A DNA stretch of 64,000 nucleotides from Eledone cirrhosa (lineage: Eukaryota), in contig OZ024743.1 in assembly GCA_964016885.1 (NCBI GenBank), positions 293,012,001-293,076,000 of the forward strand, given 5' to 3'. Numbering within the stretch: position 1 is the first letter of the stretch; each line of letters opens with the position of its first letter. Shown here in pieces: positions 26,569 to 40,447 of this stretch. The translations under genes were made by a program, and so were the position numbers. The notes under the pieces are model-generated. The model ran no database searches. It was not told the DNA's origin and saw nothing but the letters and a program-made list of their open reading frames with translations.

Positions 26569-27139
26569 ATATAATATATATATATTTAATGCTTATCTAT
26601 AGGTTAGTTCTGAATTTTTTTTACTTAATATTTTGATATGATCTTACCTTTAAAGATTAACATATTAAAGGAACAGATTGCCTAAATTAAAAACAGAAAA
26701 GTAAAATGAAAGAAAATAGATGTGTACAGCCCTGAAAAGTATGTGTAATCCCCTACTAATAGTTTAATCTGGCAACAATACTATCAAATCGAATTTTCAC
26801 AAAGCCTTTTTTTAAATTTCTAATATCTTTTCTTTCTCCAATTTTGATTTCCCTACACAGTGATTCATGATTCTTGAAGGTTGGCAGGCAATTAATAGTA
26901 ACTGGTTTTAACATGTTTAAACTTCCTTGGACTTACTTGTCATGGGAAATGTCAGACGATGTATCAAACTAAAAATCACATACATTACAATGCTTATGTA
27001 ATCTCTCATTTAATAAACCTGTCATTTGTCAAGCTACTGTTTATATTCCAATTTCTTTGATCTTTTCCTTTAATTAGTATTATATATTTATATATGTGCA
27101 TGTGTGTCTATGTGTGTATGATCTATGTATAAATGCATG

Positions 27140-27218
<79 letters not shown>

Positions 27219-27244
27219 ATATATATATATATATATATACACAC

Positions 27245-28290
27245 ATGGCCTCCCAGCCTTCTCCCCGATCTGTATTGCGATGAAATCTATTGTTATGGCA
27301 CCTATTGTCATCTGTCGTAATGTCCATTTTTCTTAAAATAAAATATCTTTAAAGGTATTTAAATATTGTATAAGATAATTTTAAAAGTAATAAAGACAAA
27401 AATAGAAAAATGATTTCTACGAAAATTATGAAACATTTACAGAACTTCAGTATATACAATGTTTTTAACGTTTCTCTTTATAGTGCATATGAAGAGTTAG
27501 TGGGGTCTTCCTTATCTGGAATAACCTACATACAATTGACCATGTGAGAAACATACCTCCTCTAGATGTAGACCGAAAACCTGCAGGGTTTTACCTTGGG
27601 ACTTGTTAATGGTCATTGCGTAACTGACTCTCACTGGGAATCGAAATCATTTGAAACGAAAAGGGATATCTGTTAGTATGAGCTGCATTCTAGGTATAAA
27701 TGCGATGTCACTCTTAGCACATCCAGTGACGATTTGGGATTCGATAAAGTGAGGCAGTAGTTCAGTCATAACCGTTCGCGTCCCATTGCACAATTTTGGC
27801 TGATCCAGGTTTCTGAGAAGCATAGTCACTGTGTCCTTCGATTCAAGTTTGTGTGGCAGCAAAACGGACAGTTCCATATTGTTGAGAAATTCAACGGGAT
27901 AATGAACAGCATCGTCCTCGTCGACAACTTTGCCGATAGATTTATAGGTCTGGCTACCTCCATTTGTGGGGGATTTTGGTGATGGTTATCACTGTGGTGT
28001 TTTTGGAGGAAAGGATTGCTCTTTCCCACAGCCACTGTTCACTTAATTAATTAAGCTTACAACGCTTTCCACAACAGTACAAAATGATGAAGGATCAAAA
28101 CATTCTTCAGTATCAAGGGATTTCTTTTTTATAAATTTAAACGGCTGATACATGCTTATCGGTAACTCCAACTGTCCTCCCTCTGTTATTCACACTGAAG
28201 AAATCTCCGAGGCTGGGAAAATCCCAGGATCCTCCACGCCCCTAATTCCGTTTTCTGAAAAGTAGGCGATTGCAATCATGTCGGAGGTCA
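27245..28290 (-). mobile_element. Autonomous Helitron remnant (PIF1-like helicase C-terminus)
   Basis: PHKLE...MLLRNLDQPKLCNGTR...FIPR...PFRFK*FRFPVRVSYAMTINKSQG...CFSHGQLYV. Confidence 0.88.
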
Positions 28291-28694
28291 GATTAGTTGA
28301 AAACACGCGATATATATAGTGTATTTAGAAATAAGAGGAAAGCACAAACGGGGACATTCCCATCGTCTGTTGTCTGCTGGAAATCACGGATATTTCAACG
28401 TATTAGCGTCAACAACTATTGGAAGTTATTGGGGGGAAAGGAGAGAGAAAAAAATATAACAGAAGGGAAAAAAGAAAGGATAAAGAAGAAAAAAGCAACA
28501 AAGAGTCAGACTTCAGTCCAGTCGCTGGTTTTTACTTCTCCCTCTCTATCTCTCACGGTTACTCATATACATACATGTGCTTTTCGTGTTTCCCTCTTTT
28601 TCGGTATGTTCTCTACCTTTATACGTTTATTTTTATTTTTACTTTCTTTTTTCCCTTCTGTTACATTTTTCTCGGTGGAAATGCAGCACAAACA

Positions 28695-28788
<94 letters not shown>

Positions 28789-28794
28789 TGTGTA

Positions 28795-29737
28795 TGTTGT
28801 TTATAGTACTAATTTCAAGTGGTTTGCTAGGTATAGAGACGGAAATTTTTATCTCGAAGACCGTGCCCTTTCAGGCAGGCCTATAGTCGTTGAGAATGAC
28901 CAAATCGAGACTTTAATTAAAAATAATCCAGGTAAAACAACGCAAGACATCGCAGAGATATTTTATATATCTCTTATGATCGTTACCAGGTATATGAAAA
29001 TACTTGGTGCCTCATGATTTAACGAGAAAAAAAATTATATAGACCGCATTTCCACCTGCGATTCTCTGCTCAAACGAAACAAAAACGATCATTTTTGAAA
29101 AAGAATGATCACGGCTGATGAATTGCTTACAATATTGTAGAGCGTGAAAGAAGATGGCAAAAACGAAATGAACCGCCTTCAACCATTCCAAAAGCCGGTA
29201 CGTATCCGAAGAGAGCAATTCTCTGTATCTGGTGGGATTAGAAGAGTATTTATATATAAGCTCCTTCCACGAGATGTTAAATTCAGAATATCACTGTTAT
29301 TAATTAGACCGATTAAAGAAGGTAATCGTTGAAAAACGTCCAGAATTGGCAAACTGGAAGGATGTGGTCATACATTAGGACAACGCTATACCACACGTTT
29401 CATTGCAGACCCAGCAGTAATTATTACAGCTCGGCTGGGATATCCTACCACAGCCACTGTAATTCATCTGAGCTTGCACCTTCGGATTATCATCTATTCC
29501 GATTCCTATATCATTTTCTCAAATGAGAAGAACTACGATTCTTTAGAAACTGCAAAAACTACTCTGACCAGTTCATGACACAGGACAAAGTTCTGGTTGG
29601 ATCGGATCGTGAAGTGGTCTCAAAGATGACGAATGGTAGTGGATCAAAATGGAACATATGTGGTTGAATATAGATATGTACAACTATTTATATATTCATA
29701 ATGAATCTCACTTAAAATCGCTATGGTCTTTTATTAC

Positions 29738-29740
<3 letters not shown>
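28795..29740 (+). mobile_element. Decayed mariner transposase element
   Basis: KWFARYRDGNFYLEDRALSGRP...ITADE...SSELAPSDYHLFRFL, with multiple frameshifts. Confidence 0.88.
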
Positions 29741-29830
<90 letters not shown>

Positions 29831-29957
29831 ATATATATATATGCGCGTGTGAGTGTGGGTGTGTGGGTGGGTGTAAAAGGTAAGCAAAAATAACAACACA
29901 AACGGTACAGTATATGGAGAAATATATTAGTTTAACGCTTGAAATAACAAGAAGAGG

Positions 29958-29994
29958 GTTTAACGTTTCGGACGCTAGTCCTTCATCAGAATAA
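29958..29994 (-). ncRNA. Minimal PLE-type hammerhead motif
   Basis: CTGATGA-a-ggac-tagc-gtcc-GAAA-CGTT. Stem I is weak. Confidence 0.5.
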
Positions 29995-30489
29995 AGAATG
30001 AGAATTTAGAAAGATTGAAGTGACGGGCAGAATCGGAAAAAAATGTTTTTAAAGAAAAATAACAGTGCGATTCATTTTGCCATCTCTTGATATATATGTG
30101 TAGAGAGAGAGAGAGAGCGGGGGGAGAGAGAGAGAGAGAGTGAGAGAGTGAGAGGAGCAAGATCATTGCGTCCGTCGGCGGTATGCCGGGTGAGCACTCG
30201 GTGCTCTCGCAGAGCAGAATATTAATAGTATAAGAATAAAGGAACAAAGAATCAGTGTTGCATCATAACATATTTAATAACATATTACATATGTTTCACT
30301 GTCAATCATATATATATATATATTTCGTTTCTGAATTTGTTTAGCAAGATTCTTTATTTGAAAACGCGTGTTGAAACCGATATTGTTATGCTTTGGGAGG
30401 GCCATGTTGCCAATAAGAAACACACGCACCAGTTGCTTTCACTTCAATTTATTATAAATTAAATTTATAAATTTAGGAATTTATAAATT

Positions 30490-31330
30490 TCCGGTTGCTT
30501 GGTTCCACAACCAGACGATTGTTCATATATTGTCAAAGTTATTTCGTCACACATTCTGTGACCTCTTCAGTGATTGGGGATTCTTTTCTTTGTTTGTGTG
30601 CCTCTCCTTTGTTCTGTCCTACGCCATCTTGTTTTTGTGTGTGTTGTGTGCTTAGTTTGCGCATGTATTACATCCGGGTGTCTGTATGTGTATATATTTG
30701 TTTATTTATTTGGTTATTTACATGTTACTGGTTGGTTGTTTGTTCTATGTGTGTGTGTGTGTTTTCATTTTGTCCTTAATTCTAAGTTGTGATGTTGCTA
30801 TTCCATTCATATTTTCTATTTAATTTTGGTTGGAGTTCATTTATGTTTATTGCCTCTGTGATTTGTCTAAACATTGCGTCTTTTCTGTGTGTAGATTCTA
30901 TTTTTATTTCTATGTTCTCTAATTTACCCTTATGTTCTATTTTAGCATGTTGGTGGAGTACAGATGATTCTTTACTATTTTGAAACTCTCGCCAGTGTTC
31001 ATTTATCCGTTCTCCTATACTACGAGCTGTCTCACCTATGTACGTTATATTCTTATCTCTACATTGTCTTTCAGTACATATTATGCTATATACTACATTC
31101 TAGTTTTACAGTTAATATGGGGGCTTAGTTAATAGATTATACATGTCTTATCTATACAGGGAGGTCTTTGAAAAGGGTATGTATTGCTAATAAGTGTCTT
31201 TCATGGAGGTACCTGGTCTTTCTACTATCTTAATATTGAGTTTATGTTTATCTAGGGCCCTTCTAAAATTAAATAGAAAACATGAATGGAACAGTAACAT
31301 CACAACTTACAATTAAGGATAAAATGAAAA
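30490..31330 (-). mobile_element. Penelope-like element remnant with GIY-YIG domain and an inverted 5' piece
   Basis: The minus strand reads VYSIKC...TYIGETARSIGERINEH...LHQHA...PKLNRKYEW (frameshifted). 31270-31330 is an inverted copy of about 30760-30825. Confidence 0.85.
30530..30575 (-). ncRNA. Degenerate hammerhead in the pLTR of the 30490-31330 PLE
   Basis: TCA-CTGAAGA-g-gtcaca-gaatg-tgtgac-GAAA-taactt-TGA. Stem III is decayed. Confidence 0.5.
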
Positions 31331-31334
31331 CACA

Positions 31335-32139
31335 GACTGGAATGTCTTCAGGCGCTCACGGCCCTCGACCAGTCGGGTAATGTGATCGGTGGAAACTCCA
31401 CCTTGGCGTTCTATAGAGGATTAGTGGAGGGGGAATAGCGGTGACGTACTTGGGGAAACTCTAGGCGTCGACGAAAATCAACTGGCCAATCTCTTCGGAA
31501 GAACTTTCAGGCCGGGGCCTATGGACAATTTGTAGAAATGCTTGGCCTGGCAGTGCTACCGAGAAGCTTTGCCAGTTCGGGATAAACTCTACAGGCACGG
31601 AAGTGCCGTCAGCCAGGCATGTCCGAGATGCGCGCAGGGCGACGATACCGTCCTGCATGCACTCGTCCTGCATGCACTCGTCCTGCATGCACTCGTCCTG
31701 CATGCACTCGTCCTGCATGCACTCGTCCTGCATGCACTCGCCCCGATTAACTTTTTCAAATTTCATTTGAAAAGGAAAATCAGGGTAGAGAGGGAAGTGC
31801 TCTCTTCGCAGCATTTTGTTGAAAGATGGGTGAGAGAGGCAAGTATGGCCCGAGTGAATGGGCCTACTCTGAGTATGTGTCTGTAAATTAAAGGTGGAAA
31901 ACTGGGAGAGGGCACTTGCCCTGGTGGTCAGGGTCACTGTGGCTTTTTAATGGGCTTTCTCCACGAATGTCCCTCGGAAGTCTCGCCCGTATTGGGGAAT
32001 TTTTCATTGTTATTTTTTTTATTACATCCTCTGGTTTTGTTTTTTTTACACGCAGAAATGCCCATTTGTACCGTCCTGTATTGTCCTGTACTGTCCTTAA
32101 TGCCTACTTTATGTAAACCCTTGTGGTTAATAAAGAAAG

Positions 32140-32140
<1 letters not shown>
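31335..32140 (+). mobile_element. Truncated, internally deleted L1/Tx1 relative ending in (ATT)n
   Basis: AWQCYREALPVRDKLYRHG...CPRC...HALV and FVERWVREASMARVNGPTL match ORF2 of the full-length element. AATAAAGAAAGC is followed by (ATT)n. Confidence 0.88.
31650..31740. repeat. 15-bp tandem repeat (gtcctgcatgcactc) x6
   Basis: Visible directly; translates as (VLHAL)n in the LINE frame. Confidence 0.95.
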
Positions 32141-32209
<69 letters not shown>

Positions 32210-32403
32210 GGTGGTGGAGTGGCAGTATCAGTAGAGGGTCGGACGCCATGCTTTGATGCATTGAGTTACGGCCCTTTCCAATCTGAGTTCAAATCCCGCC
32301 GATGTTAACTTTGCCTTTCATCCATACGGGGTCGATAAAATAAAATACCAGTAATGTACTGGGTAATTGCTGGCTTTGTGCCAAAAGTAGAAACAATTAT
32401 TAT
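32210..32403 (+). mobile_element. tRNA-SINE (same family) inserted in (ATT)n
   Basis: Full head, core and tail. Confidence 0.88.
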
Positions 32404-32866
32404 TACTTTCAAAGTAAAGGCTGTCATGAATGATACAAAATCAAACATACGTCTTCTCTCTAAAATCAGCTCAACATAGAATTCAGAGAATGAAATCGAA
32501 CCTTAATCATTATAAGAAAGTGATTGAAATATATTCATACACAGATATGTGTGCACTAAGGCATATCGAAACTTGGAACTAGAGACAATCTACACTGAAA
32601 GTAAGATTAAATAATTCGTTGAGTATCTTATTAAATTTAATAAAACATTTAAAATAAAATACCTGATAACGATCAATGTATTTCCCTCTATGTATTCTCC
32701 ACAAAATCAGAATACATTTCACCAAATGACGGTGAAACTAGATATTTGTGTGTATGAATATATTTCAATCACCTTCTTATAATGATACCCGTACTTTTCA
32801 GACGTCTCCACCATACCATAATGTATGATTTTCATGAGTATGACTCTATTTATAAAACAAACTTTG

Positions 32867-32930
32867 TATTTTATCTGATAAAAGCGTACCAATGTTGACT
32901 TGGTACCCTTGAAATATATATAATAAAATA
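32867..32930 (+). ncRNA. Hammerhead ribozyme variant (core CTGATAA, probably inactive), same family as 46601
   Basis: TATTTTAT-CTGATAA-...gtaccaa..ttggtac...-GAAA-TATATATA-ATAAAATA. Confidence 0.7.
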
Positions 32931-32973
32931 AATATGGTTTTATAAATATAGTTTCCATTTATTTAATATCATT

Positions 32974-33015
<42 letters not shown>

Positions 33016-33149
33016 GGCTTCAATCGGGGGTAATCAGAGTTAATAAGGTACCCTTACATTAGTAGAGTGTAAACATCATGTTTAATGTAGAAACAGTTCT
33101 AGTCCTGTAGAAATCAAATCATTTCTATAATTAACATGATATATGTATG

Positions 33150-33253
<104 letters not shown>

Positions 33254-33929
33254 TGTGTTTGTGTGTTTGTGTGTGTTTGTGGCGCGCGTGTTTGTGTGTG
33301 TGTGTGTATTAGCGCGTAAGTATATATATATATATATATATATATATGCTTACTCGTTAATTCAAGCATATTTGATTGAAAGTATAACTATTCCATGGAG
33401 TTTGCTTTTTATTCCTACGTTTCCGTTTCTTCTATATTTTTTTTCTATTACCGTATTTATAATATATTTGATTGTTTTCATTTGTAAGTCTCCCAAGGAC
33501 TCTGTTAATCGATGTCTGGTGGTCATGTGACCCTATTATAGAGCATGCCAATCCATTAAATGGCGAATACTAACACAGTTTAGCTTTCATGTTGTCTCTA
33601 TATTTTAACTACTATTGACTTATCGTAAAGTGTGGAGATTAGTAAAAAAACAAAAATATCGCAGAAAGCTTTCGTCCTTTTATTTTTCTATATGTTTGAT
33701 TTGAATTGTTGACGTTTGATGGTATATTTGTACATTAGTTTTGATTCTACGATTAGGTATTGGCTATTGCTGGTGTGCATACTGCAAGATGTTGCCCCTT
33801 CATATAATTGTAGATGTTTTCTTGTATAATGATTTTTTAACGTCTTCCTTGCTACAGATGCATAGCTTCTCTACATTAATGTTTAGATGTAGTTTGACAC
33901 ATGTAACAACTTTATATATACACACACAC

Positions 33930-34010
<81 letters not shown>

Positions 34011-34691
34011 CGAAGAAAAAATAGATATATATCTGTGTCTATTATTTCTTCTTACTGGCCTTGTGCCTAACGTAGAAACAATTATTTCTTCTTACTTTAT
34101 AATTAGTTACATAGCTCTGATATCGAGTCGATTTAATTATTTCGATTATCTTGTATCTCATAATCATAGAGCAACACTGGTTAAGGTCGATAACACACAA
34201 TCTCACATACTTGTGAAAAAATATGTGTATATATATATATATACATGTGTATGTATGCACATATATGTGCGTGCCTCTCATTATTGTCTCAAACTCCCTC
34301 ACGGTAGAGTAACCACGGAAGTATAGAAACTGCTTTTAAGCAAACACTATAAACACTTTCAGTCAACCTTACCACCCATCTGTAGCTGCGGTATCAGCCT
34401 CGGTATCATATCAATATCTCCCTCCGCCTTCTAAGATATTTTTCACTGCTACAAGGGATTTAGTTCCCTTTCTTGACCGGTGTATCACGTGATAATATCT
34501 CCCTCCGCCTTTTTGAGATTTTCTCCCTTGCTACGGACGTGTCTGGAAGCGCTCTTTCCCTGAGGTGTTACCTTGAAAAGCTGGCTTACCTCACAACAAT
34601 GTTGCATCTCTATGATATAAGATTGTTGCATACTGACCAGTGAAACTGTACAGTCGGGACTTTGAAGAAAAAAATAGATATATATCTGTGT

Positions 34692-35078
34692 TTGGCAGTA
34701 TCGGTAGAGGGTCGGACGCCATGCTTTGCAACAAAGAGTTACTTCCCTTTACGGACTGAGTTCAAATCCCGCCGAGGTTAACTTTGCCTTTCATCCTTAC
34801 GGGGTCGATAAAATAAAGTACCAGTAATACACTGGAATAATTGCTGGCTTTGTGCCAAAAGGTAGAAACAATTATTTCTTCTTACTAGGGCGGTGGATTG
34901 GCAGTATCGGTAGAGAGTCGGACACCATGCTTTCCAGCATAGTTACGTCCCTTTACGGACTGAGTTCAAATCCCGCCGAGGTTAACTTTGCCTTTCATCC
35001 TTTCGGGGTCGATAAAATAAAGTACCAGTAATGTATTGGATAATTGCTGGCCTTGTGCTAAATGTAAAAACAATTATT
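34692..35078 (+). mobile_element. Two tandem tRNA-derived SINEs with Meta/MESC-like core
   Basis: A-box-like tggcagtatcgg, B-box gagttcaaatccc, core gcctttcatcctttcggggtcgataaaataaagtaccag, tail tgtgccaaaagtagaaacaattatt. Confidence 0.88.
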
Positions 35079-35174
35079 TTTTCTCACTTTATAATTTGTT
35101 ATATATATTTATATATATATGTTGTAGTAATATATTGCATCGTACTATTATTATCGTTGTTGTCGTTGTTATTT

Positions 35175-35212
<38 letters not shown>

Positions 35213-36466
35213 CTTCTTCTTCTTCTTCTTCTTCTTCTTCTTCTTCTTCTTCTTCTTTATTATTATTGCCATGTAATCCTTGATTAAACAAACTTGGAAT
35301 CAAAGGCCTGATCATCCCGTCATTTACTATATATTGGGAAAGAATTTATCCAAATATCCGTTTTATTTTAAGATTGTAGGTTGTGCTTTCAGGGATTTCG
35401 ACTGCTTTTTCCAGCATGTCTGCTATTTCTGGCAAAGCTGTGAGTTAACAGAACGTTAAACGCATTAATGCTCAGGGTTCAAATCCCATTGAAGGAATAT
35501 TTTAAGAGTTGAATTTAATGCCTTGTAATATCTGTTCCGGCTCTGTACCTTCTGAGTTCAAATGCAGCCTCCTGTCATCGGAAATGTGGTGACGATTCTG
35601 TCGGAAATTACAGCCGATAGATTATATCAGAAACAGAAAGGCCAATGGAAAAATAGTTTCCTTGGTTTGATCTGACGATTGGCTTCTTTCCATGTTTTTT
35701 CTTCTTTTTTCCAGGACGTCGAACTATTGTGTAGATGCTCTATCGCTGCCTCAATGGTGTTGTGGTGATACTTATATAATATATGAATTGGGTGACTTCT
35801 ATGGCTTCTAAATAGAAAATTGCCTAACGTCCAAGTCAGCATTCACTTCTATAAGACTCTTTCTCTCATTCTTTACTGTGTGTAACAGCAACATTCAATT
35901 AAATGTCAGATACTGATATAACAACCTTAATTAATTTTCTCATAGCTGAAAGTTATAAACTTATGTAAGAATGAGAAAGCAATACTCATCAGTTTACAAT
36001 CTCTTTATTTCAAGACAAAAATAACCGGAAGCGAACGGACGTTGATTCGACTTGTTTAGTTACATTCTGTATGAATGCTAAAGGACGGAGAATTGACATG
36101 GTTTTTCAAACGTAGGTTAAAATATGTTGAAGCATTTGATCCGACTCGCTGCGCTCAAATCCCACTGGCGGAATAGTTAGAACATTGGGATGAGCTGCCT
36201 TCTGAGTTCAATCACGCTGAGGTCAACTCTGCCTTTCATCCTTTCGGCATTAGTCGAAGGGGTGTTGGATTGGTGGACCAGCTGGTTTCTGATATATTTT
36301 CTGGTTCCGTGTGTTCTGAGTTTAAATTCCACTTCACCGGGAAAATAGGGATGTTTCTACTAGCGATAGCGATTACAGATAGCATCAATAATTGTGTCTA
36401 CGTTAGGCACAAGGCCAGCAATTACCCAGTGCATTTAGAAACAATAGTTTCCATAAGCTGATCAAA

Positions 36467-36687
36467 TAATGGTTTCTGATTTAGGCACAAAGCCAACAAT
36501 TTGGGGAGTAAGACAAAGTCGATTAAATTGACCCTAGTATGTTACTGGTACTTTATTTTATCGACCTCGAAAGGAAGAAAGGCAAAGTTAACCTCAGCGG
36601 GATTTGAACTCATAACGTAAAGGGCCGTAACTCTATGCCATAAGCATGTTGTCCGATGCTCTACCGCTACTGCTAATCCACCGCCCT
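36467..36687 (-). mobile_element. tRNA-SINE (longer variant of the family)
   Basis: Reverse-complement core, with an extra ggggtcaatttaatcgact-like segment before the tail. Confidence 0.82.
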
Positions 36688-38547
36688 AAGCCAATCTAAT
36701 AATAGGCTTTATTTCTTTTCCTTTTTACTAACATTGTATATCCATACTACAAGGCGGCGAATTGGTTAAATCATTAAAGCGTCGGAAAGAAGACTTTGTT
36801 GTATTTGTTCCGTCTCTTTCAGTTCAAATCCTGCTAAGTTCAATTTTGCCTTTCATTCTTCTTGGGTTGAATAAATAATAGTTCCAAGGCTTCATAACGG
36901 CGAATTCTCGGAATTATTAGACGATCGATAGGTAGTTTCATTAATGGAAAAATCAATATAAACATTTTCTTTGGTCCTATCGGACGATCGGCTTCTTTCC
37001 TTTCTTTTTTTTTTTATTTGTCTTATTTGTCATTATTTCATTTACTTCTTATTTTTGTTTTATTTATTTATTTATTTATTTATAACTTTGGAACAGATAT
37101 TATGCAGCAACCTAATTAAACTGAGGATGCTAAAAAAAACTTTGCTAACAGCATGAGAAACTTTACTGCAAGTTACTTCCTAATCGAAACTCAGAGTTAT
37201 GTCCCTTTTACGCCATATCTGTGACTGTTGCCGAGAGCCATATATAGTGAAAATGTTTCCTGTACTCTGTAACTGGAACAAACTTACGGAAGCTGCAAAT
37301 CGGAAATAATCTGAACGTCCGGAATACAATACAACGTTTTAAATGTCGAGTGTATAATACATTTCTGTCATTTTCTTCCCATGAATGCTGTAAACCATTG
37401 ATTAACCTATTGAACAGTTCTTTGAGTTCAAATGTCCAATAATGCTATTTATCATGAATGCTGTAATAAAAATACAGTGTTGCACAATATACACAAACGT
37501 TTCATATGTGCGTCCATGTGTGCGTCCATATATGTGTACGCGTAGGCGTTCGCGCGCGTATGTGTTTGTGTGTAGGTAGGCAGGCAGACGTGCATACAAA
37601 GTGAGCTTCCTAGAGACAAAGGTATGCTTGAGATAAAGCGACACTGCACGTCGGATTTGATTAATGGATGTGGTTAATTATTTTATTTTATTCTATTATA
37701 CGTGTTTCTCGAGATGAATCCCTGGGAAAACTATGCTTCTCCGAAAAAGTTCTTGTGTTCTTTAAGAAAAGGTATTTAAAAAAAATAAAATTCAGTTAAA
37801 ATTCATCGTGCGTTTCGTTTGCCTTTTTATCAATAAATTCTCACAAAACAACTGTTGTTTCAGTTCAATTGTTAATGAAATTTAAGCTATGGTGTGTGTT
37901 TCTCTTTTTGTTGAGGATAGTGGCAACATGACCATCCCCAATTATAACAATATTGATTTCAACATCAAGAATCTTGCAAAACAAATGCATAAACGTAAAG
38001 CTATGGAGACTAACCATAATAAATACATATGGGTTCCGCAATTTTTAGAAAAAATTATTTAAAGTTTCAGTAAAGTTTAGAAACAAATGTGTTAGAGGCA
38101 TAAATGTCCCCTTTACATGTCTAAAGAACAGCTTACTTGTTGAAATGTGAAGCGACTGTCTCACACAATTACTGTTTATTATGACGGAGTGTTTTTTTTT
38201 ATTTCTACCGGAAAAACTGATTGAAAAGAGTACACCTCATTTGCTAACCTGTTGCCGAAACCTGAAATAATATTTGAAATTTTAGTTTTCTCTTATCTCG
38301 TGAACTAGCCGTTGGGGATTTTAAATTGTCCGTGAGTCAGTCATTCTAGCACATAAAAGAAAATATATATATTTGAGATCAAAAGTGAAATTCCTTTGTT
38401 GGCAATATATTCAGGTCTTTTTGTTCTTAACGTTTTTAAAACTAGGCTCAACTGAAAAACACTAATACCTATATTGTATTCAGTGTTATTATCTGATTTA
38501 TATACATACACACATGCGGTAAGTGTATGTATATATATATATATATA

Positions 38548-38764
38548 CAGGGTGAGCATAAAGTCTTTCCACACTGAGCTTTTTGTTTCATAGATGCCAT
38601 TTTGTTAGTAAAAATTACAACTATTCCCTGAAGAAGAGAAAATGTAAAACATATTCAGGAAAACTACAAATTTGAACTTTATAAATTAAAACAATGAAAA
38701 AATAAAATCTTAAATAGTATCCGCGATATGGTATTTTAAATTCAGGGATTTTATGCTTACCCTG
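38548..38764. mobile_element. Tc1/mariner-type MITE
   Basis: TIRs cagggtgagcataaagtc / gattttatgcttaccctg, flanked by TA. Confidence 0.78.
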
Positions 38765-38860
<96 letters not shown>

Positions 38861-39354
38861 TGTCTGTGTGTGTGTGTCTGTCTGTGTTCGAATATATATT
38901 TGAATATTTCTATGAATTTTCTTGTAAATACACACTGCACTGATGATAAACTCGTGGAAAAACCTACGTTTGCAGATGAATAATACATTAAATTGTCTTT
39001 GTTTGTTGCTTTTTCTTTCAATTTCATTTCTGTTTGTAAAGAACGATAATTTTAAAATCTGAAGAAATAAATTTGATATTTCGGTAAAAAAGATAATAAA
39101 ATCCCGTATAATTCAATTATATTTTCTTCACTCACACACATTCGGTTTGTTTTTGTCTCTGTACCTCCCTCTAACTCTCCCTCTTTTCTCCCCCTCTCTC
39201 TTTCTCTAAATATATATATATATTCATGTCTTCTCACACACACACACACATTCTCTTTCACTCCCTCACACTCACCTTCTTCCCATCTCAAGCATGTAAA
39301 CACGCGCACACACGAGGATCCTCTAGCATAGACATACAAAACCTCAACCCAAAC

Positions 39355-39533
39355 TGGCAGTATCGGTACAGTGTCGGGCGCCATGCTTTACAGCATAGTT
39401 ACGTCCCTTTACGGTCTGAGTTCAAATCCAGCCGGGGTTAACTTTGCCTTTCATCCTTTCGGGGTCGATAAGATAAAGTACCAGTAATGCACTGGGCAAT
39501 TGCTGGCCTTGTGCCAAAAGTAGAAACAATTAT
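39355..39533 (+). mobile_element. tRNA-SINE (same family)
   Basis: Head, core and tail all present. Confidence 0.88.
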
Positions 39534-39799
39534 TACTATTAGAAATACACAGAACTACAAATCCACATATCTATATCAAATGTATAACTTTTCCGTGCCA
39601 ATCTAAAGGTATTCTTCTTTACGAAATAGCAGTTCATTGCTAGAAGCATTCCTATTCTAGACACTTCCATTTCCTCCTGTACATTGCTACGACTATTGAG
39701 TTAGCATGTAAACTGGCTGAGTATTCCACGAATATGTACGTAATTAATGTAATGCCCAAGTCGAATCAGCACTGAAACTATCTGTACCTTACATGTATA

Positions 39800-39955
39800 C
39801 TCCGTCCCACGAGCTACAATGCAGTTTCCAAATTCACTTAAAAGGTCTGTTTCGAAACGAGGCGATAGTAAAAGATGCTTGACCAAAATTCCTTACTGTG
39901 GGATCCAACCCGGAACCTCCAGATTGCAAAGCGAACTTCTTAACCACTCGCCATT
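39800..39955 (-). mobile_element. Third tRNA-SINE family, degenerate (resembles octopus SINEs)
   Basis: Minus strand: ggcgagtggttaagaagttcgc...ggttccgggttggatccca...ttggtcaagcatcttttactatcgcctcg. Confidence 0.55.
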
Positions 39956-40069
39956 TTAACAATGCAAGTATGTGTGACTAGGTGTGAGTGGATGTGAATG
40001 TGTGTTTGTGCACGTACATGCAAACGTGCATATACATAAGCATACACACACGTGTGTGTGTGTATTATA

Positions 40070-40246
<177 letters not shown>

Positions 40247-40381
40247 GTTTAACAAGGTTCAATGAATTCATCAATGAATAAAGTTTCACAATAGATTAGA
40301 AGCACTCTACAATCAGGTTTTCTGGAGTTATTAATATTACTTCAAAATATTAATAAATATAGACATTCATGTGATCAAATA

Positions 40382-40447
40382 TATTTGATTATACATATTT
40401 CAGAGGTACTGAGCTATTTCAACAGTACGTCCTCATCAGATAAAATA
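40382..40447 (-). ncRNA. Type I hammerhead ribozyme (inverted pLTR copy)
   Basis: Reverse complement of the 42403 motif with one stem I mismatch. Confidence 0.8.

Noticed and set aside
28360-28680. Short inverted repeat with a TTGTTGA...GAAA hammerhead-like remnant
   Set aside because: The core and stems are too degenerate to call; it is probably another decayed PLE end.
34888-34980. tRNA-like sequence with A and B boxes
   Set aside because: It is a SINE head fused to a core and tail, present in many diverged copies, and not a tRNA gene.
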